This document shows positions 34,228 to 44,136 of a stretch of 64,000 nt of DNA, piece after piece. The DNA is from Chthonomonas sp. (lineage in GTDB: Bacteria; Armatimonadota; Chthonomonadetes; Chthonomonadales; Chthonomonadaceae): NCBI RefSeq assembly GCF_035294505.1, contig NZ_DATGKU010000174.1, positions 73,610-137,609 on the forward strand. The letters are read 5' to 3'. The notes beneath the pieces were generated by a model. It was not told the DNA's origin. It did not search any database and saw nothing but the letters and a program-made list of their open reading frames with translations. Within the stretch, counting starts at the first letter, position 1; each line of letters starts with the position of its first letter. The translations under genes and the position numbers were made by a program.

Positions 34228-35337
34228 GTGAAGATACAACGAGCAACACAACTCTACAACGAATGGATGGCCCTTTATACCGTGCCGGTAGAATCGGATC
34301 TGCAACTCAAATACAAGGCCATGGCCTCCGGCGCATTCCCTTTTTTACGGGCCACCTTCTATCGCTGGATGCAGCGTTGGCCGAAGGTTTGCTCCGAGTT
34401 TGCTAAAGCGCCTGTTGTGCTTGCCGTTGGCGACCTCCATGTGGAAAACTTCGGCACCTGGCGCGACGCCGAGGGACGCCTTGTTTGGGGCATCAACGAC
34501 TTTGACGAGACGGCGCATTTCCCCTATACTCTTGACCTTACCCGCCTCGCAACAAGTGCTCTCTTGGCTATCAAGGAGAACCACCTTCATCTCGCAGCCG
34601 ACACGGCCTGCACGGCCATTCTGGAGGGCTATCTTGAAAGCCTTGAGAAAGGTGGGCGTCCTTATGTTCTTGCCGAAGAGCACGGTTGGCTACGCCGTTT
34701 AAGCACCGGTGAACTGCGTAACCCCGAAAAGTTCTTCCAAAAAATGAACGCCCTACCCGATCCGGAAGAGCCGATTCCAGAAAGCGCCCAAGTGGCGCTG
34801 GAACACCTTTTACCGGCGAAGGGGCTAGCTTATAAGCTGAAACGCCGCATCGCAGGACTTGGTAGCCTCGGACGCCCGCGCTATGCGGCTATCGCTGAAT
34901 GGGAAGGAGGTCTGGTTGTTCGTGAAGCGAAAGCGCTCCTTCCCTCGGCAGCCCTTTGGGCAGCGGGGCTGGAGCGTGCTCCTGAAATCTATTACCAGGC
35001 TATTCTCGATCGCTCCGTGCGCTGTCGTGATCCCTTCGTTCGCCTTGAAGGGCACTGGATCGTCCGCCGTCTCGCGCCCGATTGCTCGCGGATCGAGCTA
35101 TCTCAGTTGCCTCAGGAGCGTGATGAAAAAAGGCTTCTCCATGCCATGGGCTTTGAAACAGCCAACGTTCACCTCGGCTCCGCAAACTGCTTAGCAGATG
35201 TCTTTCCACACGCAAAACGACTTAAAGCCGGCCAACTACTTTCTGCAGCTCAAGCGATGGCAGAAGCTACCCTCGACGATTGGCAGAAATGGTGCCAAGA
35301 ACCCTTGCCTGAGAAAAAAACGACGAAGTCACGCTAG
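34228..35337 (+). CDS. DUF2252 domain protein (kinase-like fold, unknown function)
   Basis: VLAVGDLHVENFGTWRDAEGRLVWGINDFDE matches the DUF2252 signature as I recall it. Confidence 0.6.
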   Translation: MKIQRATQLYNEWMALYTVPVESDLQLKYKAMASGAFPFLRATFYRWMQRWPKVCSEFAKAPVVLAVGDLHVENFGTWRDAEGRLVWGINDFDETAHFPYTLDLTRLATSALLAIKENHLHLAADTACTAILEGYLESLEKGGRPYVLAEEHGWLRRLSTGELRNPEKFFQKMNALPDPEEPIPESAQVALEHLLPAKGLAYKLKRRIAGLGSLGRPRYAAIAEWEGGLVVREAKALLPSAALWAAGLERAPEIYYQAILDRSVRCRDPFVRLEGHWIVRRLAPDCSRIELSQLPQERDEKRLLHAMGFETANVHLGSANCLADVFPHAKRLKAGQLLSAAQAMAEATLDDWQKWCQEPLPEKKTTKSR

Positions 35338-35441
35338 AGCCTCATCGCGCAACCTCTTTTTGGGGTATTGGTATTAAGAAGGAAAATCGTGCCGCTAGCA
35401 ACGGCATGTGTCGAGCCTTACTTTAGAACAGGGAGCTTTCT

Positions 35442-36539
35442 ATGGAAAGAATCTATAACTTTAGCGCCGGCCCCGCCATGTTGCCCCTACCGGTGCTCGA
35501 AGAAGCGAGCAAAGGCGTGCTCGAAATCCAAAATTCCGGCATGTCCATTCTAGAGGTCAGCCATCGGGGCAAACACTATGAAGCCATTCACCACGATACC
35601 ATCCAACGTGTGCTCTCCGTGCTCAACCTCTCCCCCGACGAATTCGATGTTCTCTTTTTGGGCGGAGGGGCGAGCTTGCAGTTTGCCATGCTCCCAATGA
35701 ACTTCCTTCGTGCCGGTCAAACGGCCGACTATGTCAACACCGGCGAATGGGCTGTTAAAGCCATCGCCGAGGCAAAACGCTTCGGCACCGTGAATATTGC
35801 CGGCACCTCAGAAGATAGACGCTATTCCTACATCCCTACCGACCTGCATCTCTCCCCAAACGCGCGCTATGTCCACATCACTACAAACAACACAATCGAA
35901 GGTACCGAATGGCATACCCTACCGGTGACCAACGGGGTGCCGCTGGTGGCAGACTGCTCCTCCGATATCTTTGCACGCGAATTAGACTATTCGCGTTTCC
36001 ACCTCTTTTATGCCGGCGCTCAAAAAAACGCCGGCCCCGCGGGCGTTACCCTCGTGGTGGCGAGAAAAGAGTTTCTGCAACAAGCTGCCGACGATGTGCC
36101 CGTTATCCTCTCCTACAAAACCCACGCGAAGGCGAATTCGCTCTACAATACACCCCCAGTATTCGCCATCTACGTGATGAACCTGGTTCTGAAATGGATC
36201 GAGGCCCAGGGAGGCCTCAAAGCCGTTGAAGCGAATAATCGCCAGAAAGCAGCCCTCATCTACGACGCCCTCGATGCGCACCCCGATGTCTACGAACCCA
36301 CCGTAACGCAAAAGGCCGATCGCTCCCTCATGAATGTGACCTTCCGGCTTAAAAACACGGAATGGGAAACGGCTTTCCTAGAAGGCGCCAAGGCGAGAAG
36401 AATGGATGGCTTGAAAGGCCACCGATCCGTAGGAGGGTTTCGCGCCTCCATCTACAATGCATTTCCTTTAGAAGGCTGTCAGGCGCTTGCAGACTATCTC
36501 CATGCATTCGCCTCCAACCCCACATCAAAAGCGAGCTAA
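35442..36539 (+). CDS. serC: Phosphoserine aminotransferase
   Basis: MERIYNFSAGPAMLPLPVLEEA... is the canonical SerC N-terminus. 365 aa. Confidence 0.9.
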   Translation: MERIYNFSAGPAMLPLPVLEEASKGVLEIQNSGMSILEVSHRGKHYEAIHHDTIQRVLSVLNLSPDEFDVLFLGGGASLQFAMLPMNFLRAGQTADYVNTGEWAVKAIAEAKRFGTVNIAGTSEDRRYSYIPTDLHLSPNARYVHITTNNTIEGTEWHTLPVTNGVPLVADCSSDIFARELDYSRFHLFYAGAQKNAGPAGVTLVVARKEFLQQAADDVPVILSYKTHAKANSLYNTPPVFAIYVMNLVLKWIEAQGGLKAVEANNRQKAALIYDALDAHPDVYEPTVTQKADRSLMNVTFRLKNTEWETAFLEGAKARRMDGLKGHRSVGGFRASIYNAFPLEGCQALADYLHAFASNPTSKAS

Positions 36540-36549
36540 GAGGCAAGAA

Positions 36550-37950
36550 ATGGATCAAGCTATAGAAAAACTGCACCGTTGGATTGATGAACACCAGAAT
36601 GAGATCGTCGAGATGCTTCAGGGGGTTTTGCGCATCCCAAGTGTGGAAGGTCCACCAGAACCCAATGCGCCCTATGGCCGCGCCGTTCGCGAGGCTCTCG
36701 ACTATACTCTCGAACTGAGTCGCAAACTCGGCTTTCGCGTGCGCGATATTGACGGCCACGCGGGAGATGCGGAGTTCGGTGAAGGCCCCGAATATATAGG
36801 GGTATTAGGGCATCTCGATGTTGTCCCTGAAGGAGATGGATGGCACCACCCACCCTACGGCGCCGAAATAGAAGATGGCTATATCTACGCGCGGGGCGCC
36901 TCTGACGATAAAGGCCCAACCTATGCCGCGCTCTACGCGGCGAAAGCGCTCATGGAGAGTGGCTTGCCGCTTCGTCGCCGCGTCCGCATTATCTTCGGCT
37001 GCAATGAGGAGAGCGGTTTTGGCTGCATGCATCATTACTTCGATGTAACAAAGCAAGAGCGCCCTCTCTACGGATTCACGCCCGATGCCTCCTTCCCTCT
37101 CATCTATGCCGAGAAAGGCATCGTGAATCTTACTCTCTCCAAACTCCTCCCGAAGAACAACGCCGGTCTCTACATCGCCCATGCACAAGGAGGCCGCCGT
37201 CCCAATATGGTGCCCGATCACGCAACCGCCCTCCTTGCCGGCAGCGAAGAAGCGTTGCGTGAGGCAGAAACCCGCCTACACCGCTACTGGGATCGTAACA
37301 TTACGTTCAGCTATACCGATGGAGGCATCAAAATAGAGGCCATCGGCAAATCGGCACACGGCAGCCACCCTACCGCAGGCGACAACGCCATCGTGCGGCT
37401 TGCCCGCGTCTTATGCGAGCTTGAGTTGCCCGAACGCTCCCTCTGGCTCGATTGGGTTGTACACGCCTCCGATACAGCCGGCAGCGGCTTGGGAATCGCC
37501 CATCGGGACGATGTGTCCGGCCCTCTCACCTCCAACCTCGGTGTCCTAGAATACAAGGAAGAACGGGTTTTTCTTACCTACAATATCCGTTATCCTGTTA
37601 CCTGGCCGTTAGACAGTCTTCTGGCGCAAGGACGCCCGTTTTGGGAGAAAGAGGGATGGAACTACGAGGTTACTCAAGGGCATGCCCCTCTCTACGTGCC
37701 GCTTGATCAGGAACCGGTGGCAACTCTTCTGCGCGTCTATCGCGAGGAAACCGGCGATACGAAAAGCCAGCCCGGCACGATGGGCGGTGGCACCTATGCA
37801 CGGGCCACACCCCGCACCGTTGCCTACGGAGCCGCTTTCCCCGATGGGAAGGATGGCCCAGCGCACGAACCGGACGAGCGCATTGCGATCCAGTCCTTGC
37901 TGAAAGCGGCAAAAATCTACGCTCATGCCCTATACGAACTCGCTAAGTGA
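36550..37950 (+). CDS. M20-family dipeptidase (PepV/Sapep-like)
   Basis: ORF track starts at 36487, overlapping serC. The ATG at 36550 (AAGAGG 6 nt upstream) gives MDQAIEKLHRWIDEHQNEIVEMLQGVLRIPSV. Motifs GASDDKGP and GHLDVVP are M20 family. Confidence 0.8.
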   Translation: MDQAIEKLHRWIDEHQNEIVEMLQGVLRIPSVEGPPEPNAPYGRAVREALDYTLELSRKLGFRVRDIDGHAGDAEFGEGPEYIGVLGHLDVVPEGDGWHHPPYGAEIEDGYIYARGASDDKGPTYAALYAAKALMESGLPLRRRVRIIFGCNEESGFGCMHHYFDVTKQERPLYGFTPDASFPLIYAEKGIVNLTLSKLLPKNNAGLYIAHAQGGRRPNMVPDHATALLAGSEEALREAETRLHRYWDRNITFSYTDGGIKIEAIGKSAHGSHPTAGDNAIVRLARVLCELELPERSLWLDWVVHASDTAGSGLGIAHRDDVSGPLTSNLGVLEYKEERVFLTYNIRYPVTWPLDSLLAQGRPFWEKEGWNYEVTQGHAPLYVPLDQEPVATLLRVYREETGDTKSQPGTMGGGTYARATPRTVAYGAAFPDGKDGPAHEPDERIAIQSLLKAAKIYAHALYELAK

Positions 37951-37966
37951 TTCTGCCCTGAGCAGA

Positions 37967-37995
37967 TGCCAAAACAAAGGGCTGCGTGCGATAAC
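37967..37995 (+). terminator. Hairpin terminator candidate after the dipeptidase gene
   Basis: GGGCTGCGTG-CGATAACAA-CACGCAGCCC is a 10-bp perfect stem. No downstream U-run on + (A-rich instead), so termination activity is uncertain. Confidence 0.4.
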
Positions 37996-38161
37996 AACAC
38001 GCAGCCCAAACCCTATCAAAACACAACTTAACTTTGCAAGGAGTTGTCGTCTTACGAACGGTTAGACGATACTAGGCTAAGAAAGTTCAGAATCGAAGTA
38101 GGCAGGAAACATCCCGGCCAATAGAGTATATACAACGGACAACCTAAAGAGGAGTGCGAAA

Positions 38162-38995
38162 ATGATCACGTCTGCAGAGACTTTACCCGATCTCTCCTCA
38201 CCTTATCCGCTCAAAAAAGAGCAGATAGAGGCCTATCAACGGGATGGCCACATTCTACTGAGAGGCGTTTGCTCACCCGAAGAAATAGCCGTTTACGGCC
38301 CTATCATCCGTGAAGCCGCTTATCGCTACAACACCCAAAATCTGCCCATCGAACAACGCGATACCTACGGCAAAGCGTTCCTTCAAATTATGAACCTCTG
38401 GGTTCGAGACGAGCGGGTTCGTAAATATGTTCTGGCCCGTCGTTTTGCGCGCATCGCGGCGGAGCTGATGGGCGTGGAGGGCGTCCGAATCTATCACGAT
38501 CAAGCCCTCTTTAAGGAGGCAGGGGGTGGCCCAACCCCATGGCATCAGGATTTCTACTACTGGCCTCTCGATACCGACAAGACGATCACCACGTGGATGC
38601 CATTAGTAGATGCCGACGAGACGATGGGCACCATGACCTTTGCTTCCGGCTCTCACACCCAAGGCTTTCTCGGGCACTTTGAGATCGGTGATACATCCGA
38701 AGAGTACTTCAGAAATTTCGTAGCTGAACACGGCTTTCCCCTTAGCCCGGCAGGGGCTATGAAAGCGGGCGATGCCACATTCCATGCCGGTGCCACCCTC
38801 CATTCCGCCCCCGGCAATAAAAGCGATCGCAACAGAGAGGTCATGACCATCATCTACTTCGCCGATGGCGTTCGCGTGATGGAGAAGCCCGACAATAAAA
38901 ATCGCTGGCTCGACCTTGAAACCTGGCTCCCAGGTGTGAAACCCGGAGAGCTAGCGGTGAGCAAACTGAATCCTTTAGTCTATCGAAAGGAGTAA
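38162..38995 (+). CDS. Phytanoyl-CoA dioxygenase (PhyH) family Fe(II)/2-oxoglutarate-dependent oxygenase
   Basis: WHQDFYYWP and HSAPGNKSDRNREVMTIIY match PhyH-family motifs. AAAGAGGAG SD. Confidence 0.75.
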   Translation: MITSAETLPDLSSPYPLKKEQIEAYQRDGHILLRGVCSPEEIAVYGPIIREAAYRYNTQNLPIEQRDTYGKAFLQIMNLWVRDERVRKYVLARRFARIAAELMGVEGVRIYHDQALFKEAGGGPTPWHQDFYYWPLDTDKTITTWMPLVDADETMGTMTFASGSHTQGFLGHFEIGDTSEEYFRNFVAEHGFPLSPAGAMKAGDATFHAGATLHSAPGNKSDRNREVMTIIYFADGVRVMEKPDNKNRWLDLETWLPGVKPGELAVSKLNPLVYRKE

Positions 38996-39011
38996 CCAAC
39001 CTATTTCAGGA

Positions 39012-39803
39012 GTGCGTCAGTTCATGAACAAAGCACAACTTGTACGCATAGGGCGGCTCTTAAGCCCCTTGCTTTTGGCCGGTCTGTTCTTTGCCACCAT
39101 GCACGCCCATTCTCTACCTCAACAGGCGTCTGAGCCGGCCCCAAAACCGGTGGAAAGCCCACCGGTGCCCCCTCCACCCGGAGCGAAGAATGTGGTCTAC
39201 CTTTTCACCGGCAAGCCCAACGAAATCGCCGAAAACTGGGTCTACCGAGGCAGTCACCAACCCGCTCAGTGGATATTCGACCACGGCACCATGAGGCCAC
39301 GAGGTGGGGACATAATCTCGAAACAGACCTTTACCGACTTCCACCTCCACGTCGAGTTCTGGGAGCCGTATATGCCCAACGCCCACGGGCAGGAGAGAGG
39401 AAATAGCGGCGTGGCACCCTATGGCCTCTACGAGATTCAGGTGCTCGACTCTTACGGCATTCCCGATCCCGGAACCGGAGATTGTGGGGCCGTCTATGGC
39501 CAGACAGCCCCGCTCCTTAATGCCTGCAAGCCCCCACTGCAATGGCAAACCTACGACATTATCTTTCGTGCGCCCCGATGGGATGCCAATGGAAAGAAAA
39601 CGGAAGATGCACGGGTTACCGTCCTTCAAAACGGGATTGTGGTTCAAAACAACACCATCATTCCTGAACCTACGGGCATCGCCTACGGTCGTAAGGAGCA
39701 CCCCGGGCCAGGACCTATCTTACTCCAAGACCATGGCTCGCCCGTCCGCTTCCGTAATGTCTGGGTGATCCCATTACCGGAGCATGGTGCAACACACTAC
39801 TAA
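39012..39803 (+). CDS. DUF1080 (3-keto-disaccharide hydrolase-like / LamG-fold) secreted protein
   Basis: Signal peptide. C-terminal LLQDHGSPVRFRNVWVIPL resembles the DUF1080 HG..V.FRNI.I terminus. Confidence 0.6.
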   Translation: MRQFMNKAQLVRIGRLLSPLLLAGLFFATMHAHSLPQQASEPAPKPVESPPVPPPPGAKNVVYLFTGKPNEIAENWVYRGSHQPAQWIFDHGTMRPRGGDIISKQTFTDFHLHVEFWEPYMPNAHGQERGNSGVAPYGLYEIQVLDSYGIPDPGTGDCGAVYGQTAPLLNACKPPLQWQTYDIIFRAPRWDANGKKTEDARVTVLQNGIVVQNNTIIPEPTGIAYGRKEHPGPGPILLQDHGSPVRFRNVWVIPLPEHGATHY

Positions 39804-39822
39804 AGTCTGATATAGGTCCAAA

Positions 39823-39863
39823 AATCCCCTTCCTCTCCTTCACTAAGGAAGGGGATTTTTGTC
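39823..39863. terminator. Bidirectional rho-independent terminator between convergent DUF1080 gene and histidine kinase gene
   Basis: AAAAATCCCCTTCC-(13 nt loop)-GGAAGGGGATTTTT. This is a perfect 14-bp stem flanked by an A-run on the left and a T-run on the right. Confidence 0.7.
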
Positions 39864-39895
39864 ATCCTATACGATGCTGAGGTAAGTGAAGCGTT

Positions 39896-41254
39896 TCAAG
39901 AAACCTGGTTCGCTTGCAGGGGCAAGCGCACGGTGAAGGTGCTCCCTTGCCCGGGTGCGCTCTCTACCGAGATCGTGCCCTTGTGAAGGTCTACAAGGTG
40001 CTTCACCAGGTAAAGCCCTAAACCGGTTCCCTGAATGTTGCGAATCTCCTCTCGCTCAAGGCGCTCGTAGGGACGGAAGAGTCGCGCACACTCTTCTTGT
40101 GTCATACCGACTCCGTGATCTTTTACCCGCACAACCAGTGCATCCTCCTCTTTCCGTGCCGTAATACGTACCTCTCCACCTTGAGGAGAGTATTTAAGGG
40201 CATTACTGATAAGATTCGAGAAGATCATGGTTAGCTTGTCCTCATCCGCCTCAATGGTGTTGGGCACATCATCGGCAACATCGAGGACAAGCTGATGACG
40301 ATCGGTATAGAACTTATAATAGCGATAACGGTTCACCAATCGCTCTAAAACGGCGCGAATATCTACCTCGCGAATCGCTAGGGTCAAGGGCCGTCCCGCC
40401 TCAAGACGAGCTACATCGAGCAACTCGTTGATCATATCCAGTAAACGATCGGCGTCTGCTTCAATGGCACGATAAAACTCTTGCTTGGTCTCCTCATCTA
40501 GCGTATGGTCGGTATCGGCTAAAATGGTCTGGACGTAGCCTCGAATAGTGGTCAGAGGATTGCGTAGTTCATGAGCGACGAAGCCAATGAAGTCCGATTT
40601 TAGCCGATTGGCCTCTTCCATGGCCAAACGTCGTGTCTCTTGTTTGTGAAGTTCATCTTGTAAGCGCAAGCGCTCTTCTAAAGAACGACGTAGATTCTCA
40701 TAAAGCCGTGCGTTTTCCAAGGCAATGGCCGCTTGATTGGAAAAAGCCTGTAGCATTTGAAGATGCTCTTCAGAAAACACTCCCGTTTTCAGACGATTGT
40801 CGAGATAAATAACACCAAGCAGTTTGTCTCGTACCAACAGAGGCACACAAAGCACAGAGCGCAGGTTATGAAACTGCACGCTTTGGCGCGAGGCAAACCG
40901 CGGATCCTCCATCGCATTGTAGGAGATCACCGGCTGCCGTGTGGTCAGCACGCTTTCCACGATAGTCTTGCTGATCTCCGCCTGGTTGCCTCCCTCTCTT
41001 CCAGAAAAAGCTGCCTCAAGCGCCGCTCGGTCAATCTGGTACATGGCCTCTCCCCAAACTTTTCCGGTGGCCACATCTACCAAGAGAATGAACCCTCTCT
41101 CCGCTCCGACAAATTTGATCACCTGCTCCATCGCTATATCGAGAACCTGCTTAAGCTCAAGGGTCGAGTTCATGAGCTGGCCAAGCTCGAGTAGCTTTTC
41201 TAAATAGTTCTCCTGGGAAGGCGACTTTGCTGTTGTCTCCGCCATTCTATTCAC
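39896..41254 (-). CDS. GAF-domain sensor histidine kinase
   Basis: N-terminal GAF-like region. HisKA H-box FIGFVAHELRNPLTTIRGY. C-terminal HATPase_c with N/G boxes (ISNALKYSPQGG ... GTGLGLYLVKHLVDLHKG). Confidence 0.8.
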   Translation of the reverse strand: MNRMAETTAKSPSQENYLEKLLELGQLMNSTLELKQVLDIAMEQVIKFVGAERGFILLVDVATGKVWGEAMYQIDRAALEAAFSGREGGNQAEISKTIVESVLTTRQPVISYNAMEDPRFASRQSVQFHNLRSVLCVPLLVRDKLLGVIYLDNRLKTGVFSEEHLQMLQAFSNQAAIALENARLYENLRRSLEERLRLQDELHKQETRRLAMEEANRLKSDFIGFVAHELRNPLTTIRGYVQTILADTDHTLDEETKQEFYRAIEADADRLLDMINELLDVARLEAGRPLTLAIREVDIRAVLERLVNRYRYYKFYTDRHQLVLDVADDVPNTIEADEDKLTMIFSNLISNALKYSPQGGEVRITARKEEDALVVRVKDHGVGMTQEECARLFRPYERLEREEIRNIQGTGLGLYLVKHLVDLHKGTISVESAPGQGSTFTVRLPLQANQVS

Positions 41255-41383
41255 TCCTTATTTCTCTATATCCCTAAAAGAATCGGCCTGTAAATTAAGA
41301 AACCGCATCCGTACTCAGAAATGTTCCCTTCCTTTGGGAGTTTCGTAAGGATAGATAGGCCTTTAGCCGATTACGGACTGCAT

Positions 41384-42379
41384 CTAGGATTTGGTTTCGC
41401 CATGTTTTTCCTGCCAACGCCGAGCGTAATCCAGCGCATGATAGGTCAGGATGATGTCGGCACCTGCGCGTTTGAAAGCGGTCAAAATCTCCTCTACGAT
41501 GCGCGCCTCCTCTATCCAACCGTTCAGCGCTGCAGCCTTCACGAGGCTATACTCTCCTGAAACATTATAAACGGCGAGCGGCACATCGAAGCGCTCGCGG
41601 GCAATGCGCAGCACATCCAGATAGGCCAGTCCCGGCTTCACCATCACGATGTCGGCTCCCTCCCGAATATCCAGCGCTATCTCGCGCATCGCCTCGCGTA
41701 GGTTCGGCGGGTCCATCTGATAGCTGCGCCGATCGCCGAACTGTGGGGCGCTTCCTGCGGCTTCACGGAAGGGCCCGTAAAAACCGCTTGCATACTTCGC
41801 GCTATAGGCCATGATGCCTACCTGCGTAAAACCGTTCGCATCAAGCGCCTCACGAATGGCGGCCACACGCCCATCCATCATATCCGAAGGGGCAACGATA
41901 TCCGCCCCGGCTTCCGCATAGCAGACCGCAGCACGCGCCAACAACTCCAACGTGGGGTCGTTTTGCACCTCGCCCTCTTTAATCACCCCGCAATGCCCGT
42001 GCGACGTATACTCACAAAGGCACACGTCGGGCACAATGAGCAGCGAATCACCGAAATTTTTGCGCAACGCGCGAATGGCACGGGGCACTATGCTTGTTGG
42101 CTGATAAGCTTGGCTTCCCATCTCATCCTTCTCTAGGGGAATGCCAAACAACATCACCGCTTCAATACCTGCCCGAATCACCTCCTCCACTTTTCGACAG
42201 ATGTCGTCTAGGGTGTATCGCCAAATGCCCGGCATCGAGGGAATCTCTCGACTCTCTGTCTCCTCTGTAACAAACATCGGGTAGAGAAGGTCACAGGGCA
42301 GTACCCATGTTTCTCGCACAAGTCGTCGCAAGGCCTCCGTACGTCGTAACCGACGTGGACGTTCGATCAGCCTATCCAT
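41384..42379 (-). CDS. hemB: Porphobilinogen synthase (delta-aminolevulinic acid dehydratase)
   Basis: [21 protein letters not shown]... matches the HemB N-terminus (cf. E. coli MTDLIQRPRRLRK). The tracked TTG start at 42400 would overlap the upstream gene. ATG at 42379 preferred. Confidence 0.85.
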   Translation of the reverse strand: MDRLIERPRRLRRTEALRRLVRETWVLPCDLLYPMFVTEETESREIPSMPGIWRYTLDDICRKVEEVIRAGIEAVMLFGIPLEKDEMGSQAYQPTSIVPRAIRALRKNFGDSLLIVPDVCLCEYTSHGHCGVIKEGEVQNDPTLELLARAAVCYAEAGADIVAPSDMMDGRVAAIREALDANGFTQVGIMAYSAKYASGFYGPFREAAGSAPQFGDRRSYQMDPPNLREAMREIALDIREGADIVMVKPGLAYLDVLRIARERFDVPLAVYNVSGEYSLVKAAALNGWIEEARIVEEILTAFKRAGADIILTYHALDYARRWQEKHGETKS

Positions 42380-43979
42380 CGCCTTTGCCTCTCTTTGCAA
42401 AGTAGCTCTCTAAAGCCTTCACAAGCCCCGCCATGGTGTGCTCCTCAGCTACGATTGTCGGTTCAAAACCATATTCTTTCAACGTCTGCCCGGTCACCGG
42501 CCCGATCGCCGCCAGACATACCCCCTTGAGATATGCCCCGAGGTTGCTCTCAGCCGACCCGATAGCGAGCGCCTGCATGAGATTCTTTACGGTAGAAGAA
42601 GCGGTGAAGGTTATGGCATCTATATTTCCCGCCCTCAAATCCTCTAACAGAGTCTCCGGCTGCTCCATAGCCACCGTCTCATAAACGGGGATGACATCCA
42701 CTATCGCTCCCATAGCGCGCAGCCGCTCCGGCAGCATCTCCCGTGCCTCTCGGGCACGTGGTAAGAACACCCGTTTGCCCCTCATTTCCCTATCTGGCCA
42801 CTGGTCTATCAACGCTTCAGCCACAGCCTCCGTAGGCACGAAATCGGCGCGTATTCCCAGCTTCTCTCGCAAAATGCTTGCCGTCGCCGGGCCAATCGCT
42901 GCGACTTTGGTCATCGCGAAAGCACGTGCATCGCGCTCTAAAGCCTCTAGGCGCTCGGCTATCACAGGAACGGTGTTTACACTGGTAACAACCATCCAGG
43001 CGTAGCGCTCTAGGCTCTGCAAGGCCCCATCTAACTCGGTCATATCCTTTAATTTTTCGATCCGGATGGTAGGATACTCCAGCACCTCAGCGCCGCGGGT
43101 CCGTAACATATCCACAAGGCCACTTGCCTGTTCTCGCGCTCGCGTAACCACGATCCGCTTTCCAAAAAGAGGTTGTCGCCGCGGATCGTCGAACCACTGT
43201 AATCGTCCCCTCAAACGAACTACCTCACCGACCACGCAAACGGCCGGAGGTCTCAAGCCCGCTTCGCGTACGCGTTCCACAATATCGGCCAGTGTGCCAC
43301 TAACCACTCTCTGCTGAGGCCACGTTCCCCATTGTACCAGTGCGATAGGGGTCTCCGGCTCTCGCCCGTGCTCTTGCAAGCGCGCCACAATCTCTGGCAG
43401 CGCCTCAACCCCCATTAAAAAAATGAGCGTATCCGCGGCGTGCGCCAAACGCGCCCAGTCCCTACGTCCCTCTGCCTGCCCAGCTGCACGTCGTCCCGAC
43501 TCTTTACCGTCCTCCCTTTCGTGGCCTGTGATCACACAGAAAGAGGAGGCTGCATCACGATGCGTCACAGGAATGCCTGCATAGGCCGGTGCCGCAATGG
43601 CCGAGGTGATTCCGGGCACCACAACAAAAGGCACTCCTGCCGTTCGGCAAGCCTCAGCCTCCTCTCCACCTCGCCCAAAGACAAAAGGATCGCCTCCCTT
43701 CAAACGAGCTACTCGCTTCCCTTCCTGGGCATGTCGAATCAGTAGGGCGTTGATCTCCTCCTGAGTTAGCGTATGCCTTGCGCTGGCCTTCCCCACAAAG
43801 ACACGCAACGCCTCCGGCCTCGCATAGTCCAACACCGCCGGATGCACCAACCTATCGTAAACCACCACATCCGCCTGCGCCAATAGTTCCCGCCCGCGCA
43901 GTGTCAATAGACCAGGGTCTCCCGGCCCTGCGCCGATAAGATAGACGATCCCTTGCTTGTTTTCCGGCTCTAACACCAC
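42372..43979 (-). CDS. cobA-hemD: Uroporphyrinogen-III C-methyltransferase / uroporphyrinogen-III synthase fusion protein
   Basis: GTG start. N-terminal [17 protein letters not shown] (SUMT signature). C-terminal ~250 aa HemD-like. 535 aa. Confidence 0.8.
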   Translation of the reverse strand: MVLEPENKQGIVYLIGAGPGDPGLLTLRGRELLAQADVVVYDRLVHPAVLDYARPEALRVFVGKASARHTLTQEEINALLIRHAQEGKRVARLKGGDPFVFGRGGEEAEACRTAGVPFVVVPGITSAIAAPAYAGIPVTHRDAASSFCVITGHEREDGKESGRRAAGQAEGRRDWARLAHAADTLIFLMGVEALPEIVARLQEHGREPETPIALVQWGTWPQQRVVSGTLADIVERVREAGLRPPAVCVVGEVVRLRGRLQWFDDPRRQPLFGKRIVVTRAREQASGLVDMLRTRGAEVLEYPTIRIEKLKDMTELDGALQSLERYAWMVVTSVNTVPVIAERLEALERDARAFAMTKVAAIGPATASILREKLGIRADFVPTEAVAEALIDQWPDREMRGKRVFLPRAREAREMLPERLRAMGAIVDVIPVYETVAMEQPETLLEDLRAGNIDAITFTASSTVKNLMQALAIGSAESNLGAYLKGVCLAAIGPVTGQTLKEYGFEPTIVAEEHTMAGLVKALESYFAKRGKGDG

Positions 43980-44136
43980 TTAATACCCTTGCTGACTGTA
44001 CTAAGCAGTATACCACCCCCAGTTCGATGGAATGTGGAGGTCACCGGAGAGGAGGCCTGCGTCCTCCATCCGCCTAAAGATAGGAAGGAGAATAGGTATA
44101 ATAACCCTTGAAGCTAGCCTATGGGAAGATCGCCCT

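Noticed and set aside
36487-36549. N-terminal extension of the M20 dipeptidase ORF overlapping serC
   Set aside because: The extension lacks an SD, overlaps the serC 3' end by 53 nt and is not M20-like. ATG at 36550 with AAGAGG is preferred.
39114-39701. 195-aa minus-strand ORF antisense to the DUF1080 gene
   Set aside because: Fully embedded antisense to a gene with signal peptide and family motif. No independent support.
42380-42400. TTG start at 42400 for hemB giving a MQREAKA extension
   Set aside because: Would overlap cobA-hemD by 29 nt. The ATG at 42379 reproduces the canonical HemB N-terminus [13 protein letters not shown].
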